A DNA stretch of 64,000 nucleotides from Octopus bimaculoides (lineage: Eukaryota), in the NCBI RefSeq assembly GCF_001194135.2, contig NC_068981.1, positions 11,755,163 to 11,819,162 of the forward strand, given 5' to 3'. Below, one piece after another: positions 39,201 to 52,229 of the stretch. Position numbers and translations under genes: made by a program. The notes under the pieces are model-generated. The model worked only from the letters and a program-made list of their open reading frames with translations. It had not been told where the DNA came from and did not search any database. The first letter of the stretch is position 1, and each line of letters opens with the position of its first letter.

Positions 39201-39949
39201 GATTGCAGTTGCAATCTATAAAATGTTAGTGAGGAAGAAAGTGACATTCTTGGAGAAGCTTTCAGTTCCGAACGAACCTGGAATTTCCTGAATCCCTTCA
39301 CCTAGAATTACTCATGAGCTCTACAATTTTGAAGATGATGGCAGATGAATATGTACAAGATTTGTGCTGAGCTACAAAAACTGCTTTTTACATGCACTTC
39401 TTCAATGTCGGAGCATTGCTGACTCATGAAGTTCAGTCAAATAGAAGCAGTTGAATGTGAGCACATACAGTATTCTTCCAAATCTAACGTTAGTATTGCC
39501 TCTTTATCCTCCTTTAATCTTACAGGGAAAGCAGCTTTCTTCTCACTCTCTTATGGCTAAAACAAAAGATGTGTAGGGAAACTCTTTAAGTTTCATTCCG
39601 AAAAGAGATTACGAGAGAGAAGAAGGTTCTCTCCTCATAGGAACGTACCTAAAACAGTTAAATATTCCGGAAATGGCATACGTATTTACTTAAGTATACA
39701 CCTATGAATCGGAGACATCTGTTAGAGATGCCCACCTGCGTTTCATGTTTAATGTGATCTTCGATCTCAGTGGATCAATATTTGACCCTTCATGGTTGCT
39801 ATATAGTAAGGGAATATATTGATCGTTTAGTATGTTCTTACCAGATATATTTACATTCCATGCCTGATGTTTCCTCCTTTGATTTTAATTATGTTAATCC
39901 TTATAACTCATGCCTATCTATTTGTCGTTCTCTTTCTTGTTTGTAACAT

Positions 39950-39950
<1 letters not shown>

Positions 39951-40019
<69 letters not shown>

Positions 40020-40092
40020 GATGGTGATGCTATTGATGATGATAACAGCAACAACACCAACAATAATGATAATAATAATAAGAAAATTAATA

Positions 40093-40180
<88 letters not shown>
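39951..40180. repeat. (ACT)n/(AAT)n microsatellites
   Basis: Direct sequence. Confidence 0.95.
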
Positions 40181-40182
<2 letters not shown>

Positions 40183-40680
40183 TATGTCCAGACCTACCAA
40201 AAACTGAGCAAGTATAAAGATCTTCAAACACAAATTGGCAAAATGTGGAACCTCCAAAATGAAATAATACCCGTTGTCATAAGTGCACAAGGAATGATAG
40301 CAAAAGAGGCTGATTACTACCTAGCTCAGATACCAGGAAACCCCAAAATAGCAGAAATTCAAAAGATAGTGCTCATGGGAACTGCCTATATCCTAATATA
40401 CTGTCTATGTAATCTCAAATTTTAAAATAAACTTATAATTTTCTTGTTTTCTTAAACATTCTCTCGAAAAATACTATGCGCAAAACCAAGTATATGTCAT
40501 CCCAGGCATAACACTTGGAGCGAGTTTCTACAAATATAAGGCAAAAGTCAAACATATAATAATAACCTATGAATTGGCGCCTGTAAACTGCGAATGCGTA
40601 CAATGGGCTTCTCTGCCCTAGGTGTACGGAAAACACTCGGCGAGTAGTGGAAGAAAATTTGAAGAAAGAAGAAAAAAAAT
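40181..40680 (+). mobile_element. R4/Dong-clade LINE 3' end inserted in (AAT)n
   Basis: KLSKYKDLQTQIGKMWNLQNEIIPVVISAQGMI...IQKIVLMGTAYIL, then 3' UTR, then (ACT)n(AAT)n tail at 40688-40870. Confidence 0.85.
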
Positions 40681-40688
40681 AATAAAAA

Positions 40689-40748
<60 letters not shown>

Positions 40749-40764
40749 AACTACTACTACTACT

Positions 40765-40829
<65 letters not shown>

Positions 40830-41039
40830 TAATAATAATAACAATAAGAACAACAACAATAGCAATAACAATAATTAGAGTAATCGATCTGCAAAAAAGT
40901 ACAAACTCGTAGGATTCTTGACGTTTGAGGAAACTTATTAGCAGAACTGAAGGTATCATGTCTGCTAAATAATGAAGCATTTCATAGTTATGTCCGCTTG
41001 TATTCACGTATAATTTATTATTGTCATTGTTGTTGTTGT

Positions 41040-41670
41040 TCAGGTGGTTGCCGGACAGAACCGTTAGCACGCAGGTCGACTTTACATTTCATCTTTTCAT
41101 GGTCGATGAAATAAGGACAATGGGGACGATATAATCGACCTACCCCTCACCCGATATTTCTGGTCTTATGCCAAAATTTGAAATCATCAATGTCATTACT
41201 GTTATCATATACAATTCTGCCATCTCTCCGGCATAATCATCATTATCATTATAATGATTATGCTGGTGAGCTGGCGGAACTGCTAGCGCGCCTGACAAAA
41301 TGCTTAACGACATTTTGACAGTTTTTATGTGCTGACTCTAAATCACGCGGATCAGGGTCGATAGAATGGGTATCAGTCGTCATTGCAATCAATACAATCG
41401 ACGAGCTCACTCCCCTTAAATTGCTAGCCCTTTACCAGAATTGGAAGTCATAATTACAGCTTTCTAGCAGAAATGTGGGTACGCGGGACAAATGGTTAGT
41501 AGTGTCTTTTTCCGCGTTTTACATCACAGCCACAAATGCCTCCAAGGTCGAGTTTGCCTTTTATCATTTTGGGGTCGATAAAATAATTACCGGTCGAGCA
41601 CTGGTGCCGAAGTAATCGACTAACCCCTTCTACTCACATTTGTTGGCCGTATCCCAAATTTAGACAGAAT
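41040..41670 (+). mobile_element. Three partial family A SINEs in tandem orientation
   Basis: Copies at about 41045-41170, 41263-41450 and 41490-41665, each with GGTCGA...GTCGAT(A/G)(A/G)AAT core remnants. Confidence 0.65.
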
Positions 41671-42983
41671 TATTGTCACTATCGACACCATCGTCGTTGT
41701 CATCATCATAGTCATCAATATCGTCATTTCATCTTTTTTTTTTTGTTGCAAGAAGTAATTACGTGTGCTACCCGTTTGGATTTAAAATATATTGATTTTT
41801 CTTTTACAATTGGATTTTTTATTCTGTGTTCTGACATCTCATCCTGGCACATCGAAAGATGAAAAATATAGAAATAAATTTTCGATGTTTGATTTTTTCC
41901 TTCTTCTGGGGCCGAAGTTATTTCTAAATATAGTTCTTTTTCTTGTTTACACTTTCTGAATGCCGTTGTATGACATGGAGAGTGGCTCCCTCAAGGAAAA
42001 CAAATTCAAAATGAAGGCAACTTCGCTGAAATAAAGAAGACAAGGCAAATTTTGAGCAAAACAAATGTAGCAAGACGCAGGCACTTTGAAACATGAAAAT
42101 GAACGGACTTCTATGAATAACTGTACGATTGAGGATATAGCAATACTATTACCATGACTGCAACCACCACCGCCGCGGCCGCTGACTTTACTACTACCAC
42201 CACCACTACCACCACCACCGCCACAGCTGACGTCACCTCCGCCAAAACCGGGAACAAAATAAAGCATGAAAACGTACACACACTAGCGTACACTTTGATT
42301 AGCATACGAAGTATGGTAGCAATACTACGATATTTCATACAGCGTGCTCTACCTACGAACGCTACCATACAAAAATATTCCGAATTGCGTTTATAGCAAA
42401 AGATGTATTTTTGGGTATCACTTGTCCCACAGATATTTTAGCCTAAAGTCAACTCCTGTAGAATGAGGAAGTGAGGAATTACGTGACAATTTTGCATATC
42501 TTTCCATGCATAGAAGTGCAGTTCATGCAGTGTTGTTTTTGAATCCTGCGGCATGATGTACTGATGTATCTGTTTTGTTTACAAGGCGAAATGTGAGCCG
42601 AGGTGGGAGACTTGATTGAAACTAATGAGCGTAGGCGCCGAAATCTATATTTACATCAGCAAAAATTAAGTATCAAATTCAGACCTATCATCAGTGTTTT
42701 TGAGTGATCCCTAGATTGATATCAGCGTTTGAGCACAACACGGCCTCACGCTGTAGGAATGTCGCCCAGTATTTGACATGTGTTTGCCAGGATCCACTAC
42801 AGATATACAAAACTGATTAGCTCCTGTAACTACTGTACCATTCTGCTACTATCGCAGTCGTTTGTGCATAAACGAGAGCCAGAGAGTTGTAGTGCAGTGG
42901 AGAGACACGCGTGCTAAAAGTGTGCCGGCAAGAGTTGTCACCTGAAAAGTTATTGCCTTCATGAACTAGAAAATTATAGAAAG

Positions 42984-43111
<128 letters not shown>

Positions 43112-43399
43112 AATGGAGGGAGAAAAAAGGGAAAATTATGTTCACTGGGACAATCAGAAACATCAAGAATCCCAAATGGAAGGTATTCCAACTACTGGTT
43201 GTAATTCCACGGATATCTGGAAATTTGCTTCTCTAAAATCGTAGCGCCTCTAATATCATTGATGATCCGGGAGAGAAATGATAAACAATTGTAAAGGAAC
43301 ATGAAGAACAGGCAGACAGAAGAAAATTGTGAACGAAACTAAAAGCTGTGTAAAACAACGGCGCCGGCATTTTAATTAAAACTAGTGGTTCACTGGCCC

Positions 43400-44330
43400 T
43401 AAAGCACCAGTCTTGTGGAGGATCAAATCTTAACTAAACAGAAGCTTACAGGGGAATCAGGCATCATTCCAGCAAAAGGCAATACCTAGATACATATCAA
43501 GTAAGGTAGAGGGCGAGAAGAGCAGTGACATGATAATTAACCTTTCCTGGACCTACGATAAATACATTACATCCCACTTGGAAGGATACGTTTTCTCTAT
43601 TCAGTAACGGAAAGTAAATAGTAAATACCTGATTAAGAAGAGGGGCAAAGATACCACCAAACCTCAACATTCTGATATAAAATATCGGTTTTGCCATACC
43701 GGTATAGTATATTTCAGATATCATCAGTAGCTGCATCAAATTGTCTACGCAATACTACCTGCCATTGAGGTATAATATACACGCAACGACTATTTACAAT
43801 GCTATCTGCAAAGACTATTTACATTGTTATCTGCAAAGACTATTTACATTGTTATCTGCAAAGACTATTTACATTGTTATCTGCTATTTACTATTGCTCG
43901 GACGAATATAGGAACGCCATATAAGAACCAGCTGGTATTTACACATTTAAAACAAACGAATTCTGATCGAACACTTCAATAAAACATCAATTTGGTGCAA
44001 ATATAATAGACCTGATATTGTTCTGAGGATAGAGAACAAAAGTTATGCAATTTTGTGCAAGTCCGTTGCCCAGCGGATGTGAATCTACACTGAAATGTCC
44101 AGCAAAAACGAACATTTATGATACATTAGATTGGAAATTACAGCGCTAATACCCTGATTGTAAATTTACATTTGTATCGCCGATTTTAAATGCATGAAGT
44201 TATGTACAACAAATTAACACAAAAACCTAAATATGCTAGGTTTGTCGAAGAAAGCCAACTAAACTGACAAGCATTCACCAAATCCAACCGATTAGTGGCA
44301 CATGTTAAAATTCGTAAGACATTCCAAAGA
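43400..44330 (+). mobile_element. R4-like LINE C-terminal region (zinc knuckle plus RLE), second subfamily
   Basis: TSHLEGYVFSIQ...KYLIKKRGKD...RFCHTG...IISSCIKLSTQYYLPLRYN; CKYNRPDIVL...VRCPADVN. Confidence 0.75.
43788..43884 (+). repeat. 25-bp tandem repeat, about 3.9 copies
   Basis: GACTATTTACATTGTTATCTGCAAA at 43788, 43813, 43838 and 43863. Confidence 0.95.
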
Positions 44331-44694
44331 TTCTCCATCTGAGTTTCTTTAGTCGAGTTGACCCATGCACTTAAGCGTGTGTGTGTGTATGTGAATGTGT
44401 GTGTGTATTCATCAACAGCTCAACCACATATTTACAAACAAAGGGAATTCTCTTAAATCAAAAGGTCTTGTCGCTTTTTCTGCGACCTGTTTGAACTCTC
44501 ATAAGATAAACTTAAATGAAACTCATGAAAAAAAGACACATATATACGTACATTACATACATACATACATACATACATACATGCATAAGCATGTCTAGAT
44601 ATGCAACTATATGCATGAGAATGCATACATAAAACAAAGCTTACAAATCTGCACATATACATACATACGTACATACATACATACATACATACAT

Positions 44695-44800
44695 ACCGTT
44701 GTTGATGTTGAAATTCCAATGAAGGAGCCTTGGCTCTAGGTTAGAAACCGGCTCTTTCTCTGTTGGCAAGAGATATCGGAATAACACTGAATAATGATAT
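44695..44800. mobile_element. Short interspersed repeat, Penelope-like terminus
   Basis: CCGTTGTTGATGTTGAAATTCCAATGAAGGAGCCTTGGCTCTAGGTTAGAAACCGGCTC; family from recall. Confidence 0.45.
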
Positions 44801-45719
44801 ACATACATACATATACTACATTCATATATGTCTTCCGTTTATATAGTAAATAGGTTGACGCTGATAAACTCAAGTGAGTGCAATTTAATTTGCATTATCG
44901 AGTGTGAGATGGGAAAAAAATTAATCTAAATCTTTCAAAATATTTAAAATATTTCTGATCTTGGTCACAGATTCTTTTTAAACAATGTGAATAAAAATAC
45001 GAAACACCATATTTAATAAGATGTAATTGAATTCAGCAACCATATATTTCTTTATACCTTATTTTTACGATCAGGTGATTTGAACTTTAAAATAAGATCT
45101 TTAACATGAAGAAGGAAAATTACCTTCGAACGCCATTCTGCATTTGTCACCACCATAACAGGCAATCTCCACTCACCTATTCTATTATCTGATAGTAATA
45201 GTCTCATCTAATAACAATAAGCATGCAGTAGTACCTTGTATCAAGTAATCTTTCAATAACAGCTTTGACTACATTGAGATCTGTATCAGATCACGATAAA
45301 AATCCTTATCACAATCACCATCCAATGGTAACAGCGCCTAGATGCTGGCACGTGTTCAAGTATCCCGATTGCTATTCCTCTAATAAAAATAATTTTAAGG
45401 ATTTTTCCGGGTTTTTTTTCCGATACAGGTATTATTTCTTGGTAATATAAAGTCTAACGGTTTTATTAATTTCCCTGTTCCTGCTCGGTTTATAATCCAA
45501 CCATCCATGCACTGTCAGCTATTGTAACATATGTCAGGGATTGAAAAGGTAAGCAGTGACGGTATCAGAAGAGAAAAAAAAAAACATGTCTGGATGTTAT
45601 AGACGTTGATGTTGCTGGTAGAATTTTTCAAGTTATTTCGAAAATGAGAGTTGGGTATAGAATTCCTTGGGGAATTTAAAAGAGAATCAATTATAATATT
45701 GGTTTAACATTTTGGCATA

Positions 45720-45905
45720 TGGCAAGCGATTTTGCGGGAGGGGGTTAAGCCGATTACATTGACCTCAACGCTTAACACTTTCTTATTCTATCAACTCTGA
45801 AAAGCGAACGAAAGGCAAGTCAACCTAATTTGAACTCCGAACATAAAGACCGACGAAATACTTCTAAACATTTTGCCCAGAGTGCAAATGATTCTGCTAG
45901 CCTTA
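45720..45905 (-). mobile_element. SINE family A, diverged
   Basis: GAAAGGCAAGTCAACC..ATTTGAACTCCGAACATAAAGACCGACGAAATAC. Confidence 0.7.
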
Positions 45906-46639
45906 GAGTCGATTCGTATTTTATTAATAGCGAATAGGAAAAGCAATTCGGTTAAGTGCACCCAAGACTTGCATAATAAGCTAAATACATGGCTAGTTAG
46001 TAATGATAGATAAATGTTACTTTTGTGTGACGTATGTTATTGGTGTGTCAGTATAGCAAATCATAAACTCTATACTGATGGTTGTGACAAACGATTATAA
46101 TCTGCGTTCATTTTTCGTATTATAATTCTTTAAAAATTTTGAGAGATTTTTAGATAAGAATCAGTAGTTAGACTGCGAATTGGATGCGTAAATGTGTTAA
46201 GTTTTTTAGAGTCTTAGAAAGTTTCCTTTGTAGTTTTGAGAATATATATTTAAGATGTGAAATACATCAGGTTGTGTGTATATGTATGTAGCCATTCAGA
46301 ATTACATGATTGTACATATATATTTATACAAAAAAAACAACAAAAACACAGCCAGACACACACACTCATCTATACGTATCTATAAATATCTATGTATGTA
46401 TATACACACAGAGACAGATATATATATATATATATATATATANNNNNNNNNNNNNNNNNNNNNNNNNNNNNNNNNNNNNNNNNNNNNNNNNNNNNNNNNN
46501 NNNNNNNNNNNNNNNNNNNNNNNNNNNNNNNNNNNNNNNNNNNNNNNNNNNNNNNNNNNNNNNNNNNNNNNNNNNNATATATATATATATATATATATAC
46601 ATACATACCTACATGCATACATACATACATGTGAAACCC

Positions 46640-46915
46640 TGTCATCTCTTCAGCAATCCCACATGTCTCCTGTTTTGTTTAGTCCATTCTGGTTTTCTAT
46701 AAGGTGTATCCTTATCTACGCATGAGTTCGCAACTGTATCTGTGCGTGTTTTTGTGTGCATGTGTGCGTGCGTGTGTGCATATGTGTGTGCATGTGTGTG
46801 TGTGTGTGTGCATGCGTGCATGTTTGTGTATGTAAGCGCGTTTAAGTTCATTGTGTTGTGTTTTGTCTGTGTGTATAAAAGAACACATAGATATGATTTC
46901 ACGCACGCACGCACG

Positions 46916-46957
<42 letters not shown>

Positions 46958-47060
46958 CCAACGCAAACGCCAGCGCAGAGGAGGATACATACCATAGAAA
47001 AACAGAATGGACTAAAGCGATAAGGAGACACGTGGGATGGAGAGTCGCTGAAGAAGTCAC
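46640..47060. mobile_element. Foldback/MITE-like element with about 95-bp imperfect inverted arms and a (TG)n...(CA)n core
   Basis: 46640-46735 versus the reverse complement of 46960-47060 share CTTCAGC..ATCCCAC.TGTCTCCT...TTTAGTCCATTCTG.TTTTCTAT...TGTATCCT. Confidence 0.75.
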
Positions 47061-47659
47061 AAGTTGTGTAACGAAAGAAGTCCAGACAAAGGACCTAATC
47101 ATGCACAACTTATACACACACGCACACACACATATAGACACACACATAAATGTTCATATATAACAAACAATAAGATATTATAATAAAATATTAATATATT
47201 AAGATATATAATATCGGTGGCTACAGCTATTAAAACCGAAAAGTTAAAAATCAATAAATGAGGGTGCAGAGTAGCACCTACAATTGCTGGAAATGAGAGC
47301 CAAAATTTAACTCGTACAGCCAAACGAAAGCACTAACCTCATGAAATATTCGGGACTGCAAGCAGCAAGCCACAACATATTTCTTTGGCGCGATATACTC
47401 ACAGAATGAAGTAGATTGTTAACCCCTTGTCACATGATTTCGAAATTTGATAAAAAAGAGTTTTATCTCGTCAGAGGTTTCCACAATTACTCCGGGTTAA
47501 AAAAAATAGATTGCCACCCATTCGTTATGATGTACAGATTATGAAGTAAAGATTACGAAACGTTCCGTGATTCGATGATGTAGTTCATTCATTCGTGACG
47601 TAGAGAAAAGAACTAATTACTGGGTTGGAACGAAATTTCAGACAACATTATTCACGTAA

Positions 47660-48045
47660 TAGATTGTTGTTGTTGCCACTCCGTCGCTTACGACGTCGAA
47701 GGTTCCAGTTGATCCGATCAACGGAACAGCCTGCTCGTGAAATTAACGTGCACTCCACAGACAGGTGTACCCTTAACGTAATTCTCAGAGAAATTCAGCG
47801 TGACACAGAGTGTCACAAGGCTGGCCTTTTGAATTACAGGCACAACAGAAACAGGAAATAAGAGTGAGAGAAAGTTGTGGTGGAAGAGTACGGCAGGGTT
47901 CGCCACCATCCCCTGCCGGAGCCTCGTGGAGTTTTAGGTGTTTTCGCTCAATAAACACTCACAACACCCGGTGTGGGAATCGAAACCGCGATCCTATGAC
48001 CGCGAGACCCCTGCCCCAACCACTGGGCCATTGCACCTCCACACA
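47660..48045 (-). mobile_element. tRNA-derived SINE, family D, with (CAA)n tail
   Basis: Reverse complement of the copy at 62035-62440; head CAATGGCCCAGTGGTT...GGTTTCGATTCCC. Confidence 0.9.
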
Positions 48046-48369
48046 CGTAATAGATAAATAGTAACAAAAGGGATCTGTGCTGTCTCATTTGTAGTGTTTT
48101 GTCATTACTTACATAATTGATTTAAGACAGATGAATCCATATCTGCGGACACACACACGGCTTCAAATCATGCGTACGTGTATAAATACATCTCGGCATA
48201 ACCATGTAGACATATACATGTATATATATATGTATACATACACACACAGACATACACACACGTACCTTCATAAACGCGCGCACACACGCACGCACACATA
48301 CACACACGTACGCACATAAACGCGTGCACACACACAAATACACACACACACACACATTCATGTTTTACC

Positions 48370-48790
48370 TTCTATATTTTACTTGTTTCAGTCACTAGAA
48401 CACGGCCATGCTGGGGCACCACCTTGAGTCTTTGTAGTCGAACGAATCTTCTCCAGTACTTATTTTAAAGCCTGGTACTTATTCTAGCCGTCCCTTTTGC
48501 TGAATTGCTAAGTGACGGGGACGTAAAGACACCAGCATTGGTTTTCAAGCGATGATGAGTGGACAAGCAGACACCAAGGCACATACACATATGGAAATAT
48601 ATACATTTATATATAGAGAGAGAAAAGGAAAGAATAAAAGAATAGTATATATACGACGGGCTTCTTTCAGTTTCAGTCGGCCAGAAGCTATAATAGAAGA
48701 CACTTACCCAAGGTGCCACGCAGTGGGACTGAACTTGGAACCATGTAGTGGAGAATTAAGCTTCTTACCACAATGCCACACCTGCGCCAA
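48370..48790 (-). mobile_element. SINE family B, near full length
   Basis: TACTTGTTTCAGTCA...AGAAGACACTTACCCAAGGTGCCACGCAGTGGGACTGAAC. Confidence 0.9.
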
Positions 48791-49729
48791 TGTTTGAAAT
48801 TGTGTGTTTACTTGTTTATGATTATGAGAGAATGTGCTTGTGTATGTATGCATATAAGGGTGTGTATGTTTGTTTGTGCGTGTGTAGCCCGTAGTTATGT
48901 ATATGATGGAATTATTACTCAAACTGAGATAAATAGATTTGATGATGATGGAAGTACCACACCGCATATAACAGAAGTGATATTCTTACTATTTATGCTC
49001 CATTTATTTGCGTTTTAGATTGTGCAACATAGACTATGTTCTTATGATATAACTCAATGTAAAGACTGGCTTCGTATGCTAGAGATTGTATTGTTTATTT
49101 CTACATATTAGCAGATGTCTGTGTATTGGTATCTCTGTGCATAATGCCAATGAAGGAGTGAGAGGGGAGAGAAAGAAGCAGAGAAGCAATGTGAAGAAGT
49201 GGCTACTAACTTCTCCTCCTGCATCTCCTCATTCGTCAGTACGAGTTTTTCGATAGAGGGACAAATGTAAATAGTGTAAGTGTGTGAGTGAGTTAGAAAG
49301 AAAAAGAGGAAGAGAGTGAAAGAAATAGATATAGACTAAATGAGAGGAACTATTACAGAGGGTGAGAGAGAATATGTGCGAGCGAAAGAAACAGAGAATA
49401 AGAAAAACACAGAGAGAAGAGAGAAAGAAACCGAAAGAGAAAACAAGTTTCTATAGAAGTTGAAAGAGAGAGGGATAGCGGGAGAGAGGTACGCTGATGT
49501 TTGATACTTTATGTGTGTTCTATAGGTGCAGGTGACAGAAATCCGGCTCAACGGGAGAGGGAAAGCGGGAGAGAAAGAGACGCTGATGCTTGATACTGTA
49601 TGTATATGTGTGTATATGTTTGTGTGCGTGTGTGTATCTGTGTCTGTGTGTGCATGCTTGAAGATATTCGTGCAATTATCACTCATTTTTTTCATTTAAT
49701 CCCCAATTTCATTTTCAAAATTTTTTCCA

Positions 49730-50490
49730 GAAAAATGTTCTCACTGTCTACAAGAGCAAACGGAGTCGATGTAGAGGATCAACATTCTACAGTGAAGCAA
49801 AGACGAATACAGGTAGCCAGCGTAAGGTCACCAGAGACCCCTTCACAACGGCAGCAAAAACATGAAAACGACCGAATGTGACCTGCTGCGCACAGGGTCA
49901 GTGAGTCACAAGAGGCAAGGGGAAAATGGTTAGAACACTTATGTCAACAAAATACAATCCGCAGGAGCCAAGATTAAAAAAAGAAATGAAAGAGAAAAAC
50001 TTTTAAAGGATGCAAGACAAAACCAAACTGCCAGAGTTGCCAATGAGACAATAGGTCAGCGAGAGATGAGACAAAAATAGATAAATAAATAGACACAGGA
50101 GCAAACCCGTTTCTGCAAGATTTCCCCAATCGTCAGAGGAAAGACGTAAGCGTCTTCATCAAGATAGGCTGAATGCGTTTGACAAATGAGTTGCTCTTTT
50201 TAAGGGGATTGGAAAAGATCAGCATTCAACTATGATCCAAAACATAATCATTCTACAGAGAAATTGATTGATATTGGAGCAATGTCAAAAGAGTGCAGTC
50301 TTTCTAAAGGAAAGAAATGGGAAAGAGAAACCACCACCATGTGTTGTGGTGGAGGAAAGGTTGGTTTGCCGACGTTTTGTACACCCTACATATTCTGAAG
50401 GAATTGCTTTTGGGAAACACACCAAGGAGCATGCACTTCTTGAAAAAAATATAGGAATTATAATTCTGCTTTCCAAATGACCTCCTTTGA
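49730..50490 (+). mobile_element. Helitron RepHel N-terminal fragment
   Basis: VRSPETPSQRQQKHENDR (RAAETPEQR-like repeats); IGAMSKECSLSKGKKWERETTTMCCGGGKV (50273-50365); HFLKKI*...YNSAFQMTSF (about 50435-50490). Confidence 0.8.
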
Positions 50491-50765
50491 TAACAATATT
50501 ATTGAATACTAAATAGTAAATTATTTTATTTACTAAAAAAATTCGAAAGCTATAGGTCTAACCGTTAAAAATACCAAAAAATACGAAAAAAGTTTTTATT
50601 TTTTCTTCCATTTGAATTGTTTTATTTTATGGTTGTCGGTCGCTTTTCACTGTCTTCTAGCGTGTAGAAATTGCCTTTGAAAGGAAATTTCTCTTGTGTT
50701 TAAATGTACACTATTATATATATATATATATATATGTCTATATATACATGTGTGTGTGTCTATAT

Positions 50766-50800
<35 letters not shown>

Positions 50801-51369
50801 AATACCTGTTGTTCTGAGTATGTCATGTGAGTGCGTGTATGTATGAGTGGCTGTGTGCTATTATTTTTAAGCCTGTTTCAGAATGACACAGAAATACTTA
50901 ATCATGGTGTAACATCACAGTGAATATAAAGTAATATTTTAATTTGCAGGTTATTAAGCACTTTATTTTTCAAGCTGGTGGCTTATGCAACCTGCGCCAC
51001 ATTAAAAACTTCTGTATGTAATAGAAAAAACGGAAGGAAATCTGATTACTAACAGGGAGTGTTTTGACAGTAATATAAAATTTGTATATAAAAGAATCTA
51101 ATCAATATAAACAAATAATTCGTTGGTTGAAGTCTGATAGAATTAGTTAATTATCAGAGAATAATTTTAAAATATAAACTGCAAAAGCAAGCAATGGAAT
51201 AAACACGGGAAATATCGAAAATGAAAGAGAGTGTATATTATACAATATAGGAGAGTTTCAGACTTTAATTTATTTAGTCTATTTATGTATCTGCCTGAAC
51301 CGATTCTAAGTTCAGCTTCATGCATGACCAATTATTAGCTGGTGGTTGGTAACAGGGTTCTATTATGTA

Positions 51370-52212
51370 AATTTGTATGCATGTATGTGTGTATGTATGT
51401 ATGCATGTATGTATGTATGTATGCATGTATGTATGTACGTATGTATGTATGGATGGATTATGTATGTATGTATGTGTGTGTGTATGTATGTATGTATGTA
51501 TGTATGTATGTATGCATGTATGTATGTACGTATGTATGTATGGATGGATTATGTATGTATGTATGTGTGTGTGTATGTATGTATGTATGTATGCATGTAT
51601 GTATGTATGTATGTATGTGTNNNNNNNNNNNNNNNNNNNNNNNNNNNNNNNNNNNNNNNNNNNNNNNNNNNNNNNNNNNNNNNNNNNNNNNNNNNNNNNN
51701 NNNNNNNNNNNNNNNNNNNNNNNNNNNNNNNNNNNNNNNNNNNNNNNNNNNNNNNNNNNNNNNNNNNNNNNNNNNNNNNNNNNNNNNNNNNNNNNNNNNN
51801 NNNNNNNNNNNNNNNNNNNNNNNNNNNNNNNNNNNNNNNNNNNNNNNNNNNNNNNNNNNNNNNNNNNNNNNNNNNNNNNNNNNNNNNNNNNNNNNNNNNN
51901 NNNNNNNNNNNNNNNNNNNNNNNNNNNNNNNNNNNNNNNNNNNNNNNNNNNNNNNNNNNNNNNNNNNNNNNNNNNNNNNNNNNNNNNNNNNNNNNNNNNN
52001 NNNNNNNNNNNNNNNNNNNNNNNNNNNNNNNNNNNNNNNNNNATATATACACATACATACATACATACATACATACATACATGCATACATACATACATAC
52101 ACACACACATACATACATACATAATCCATCCATACATACATACGTACATACATACATACATACATGCATACATACATGCATACATACATGCATACATACA
52201 TACATACATACA
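51370..52212. repeat. (TATG)n variant satellite on both sides of a gap, in opposite orientations
   Basis: The variant unit TACGTATGTATGTATGGATGGATTATGTATG occurs twice left of the gap and as its reverse complement at about 52115-52150. Confidence 0.9.
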
Positions 52213-52229
52213 TGCTGGGGCACCACCGT

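Noticed and set aside
41947-42396. Gly-rich / Thr-rich ORFs
   Set aside because: Driven by an (ACC)n/(ACT)n tract; the flanking peptide has no recognisable domain
43788-43884. CRISPR-like regular repeats
   Set aside because: Contiguous tandem units with no spacers, eukaryotic context, no cas genes
45170-45200. 31-nt minus micro-exon MRLLLSDNRI with GTGAGT donor (LRR-like)
   Set aside because: Too short to distinguish from chance; no compatible neighbours identified
49731-49812. Host first coding exon MFSLSTRANGVDVEDQHSTVKQRRIQ
   Set aside because: The frame continues into Helitron RAAETPEQR-like repeats and RepHel motifs, so it is better explained as Helitron
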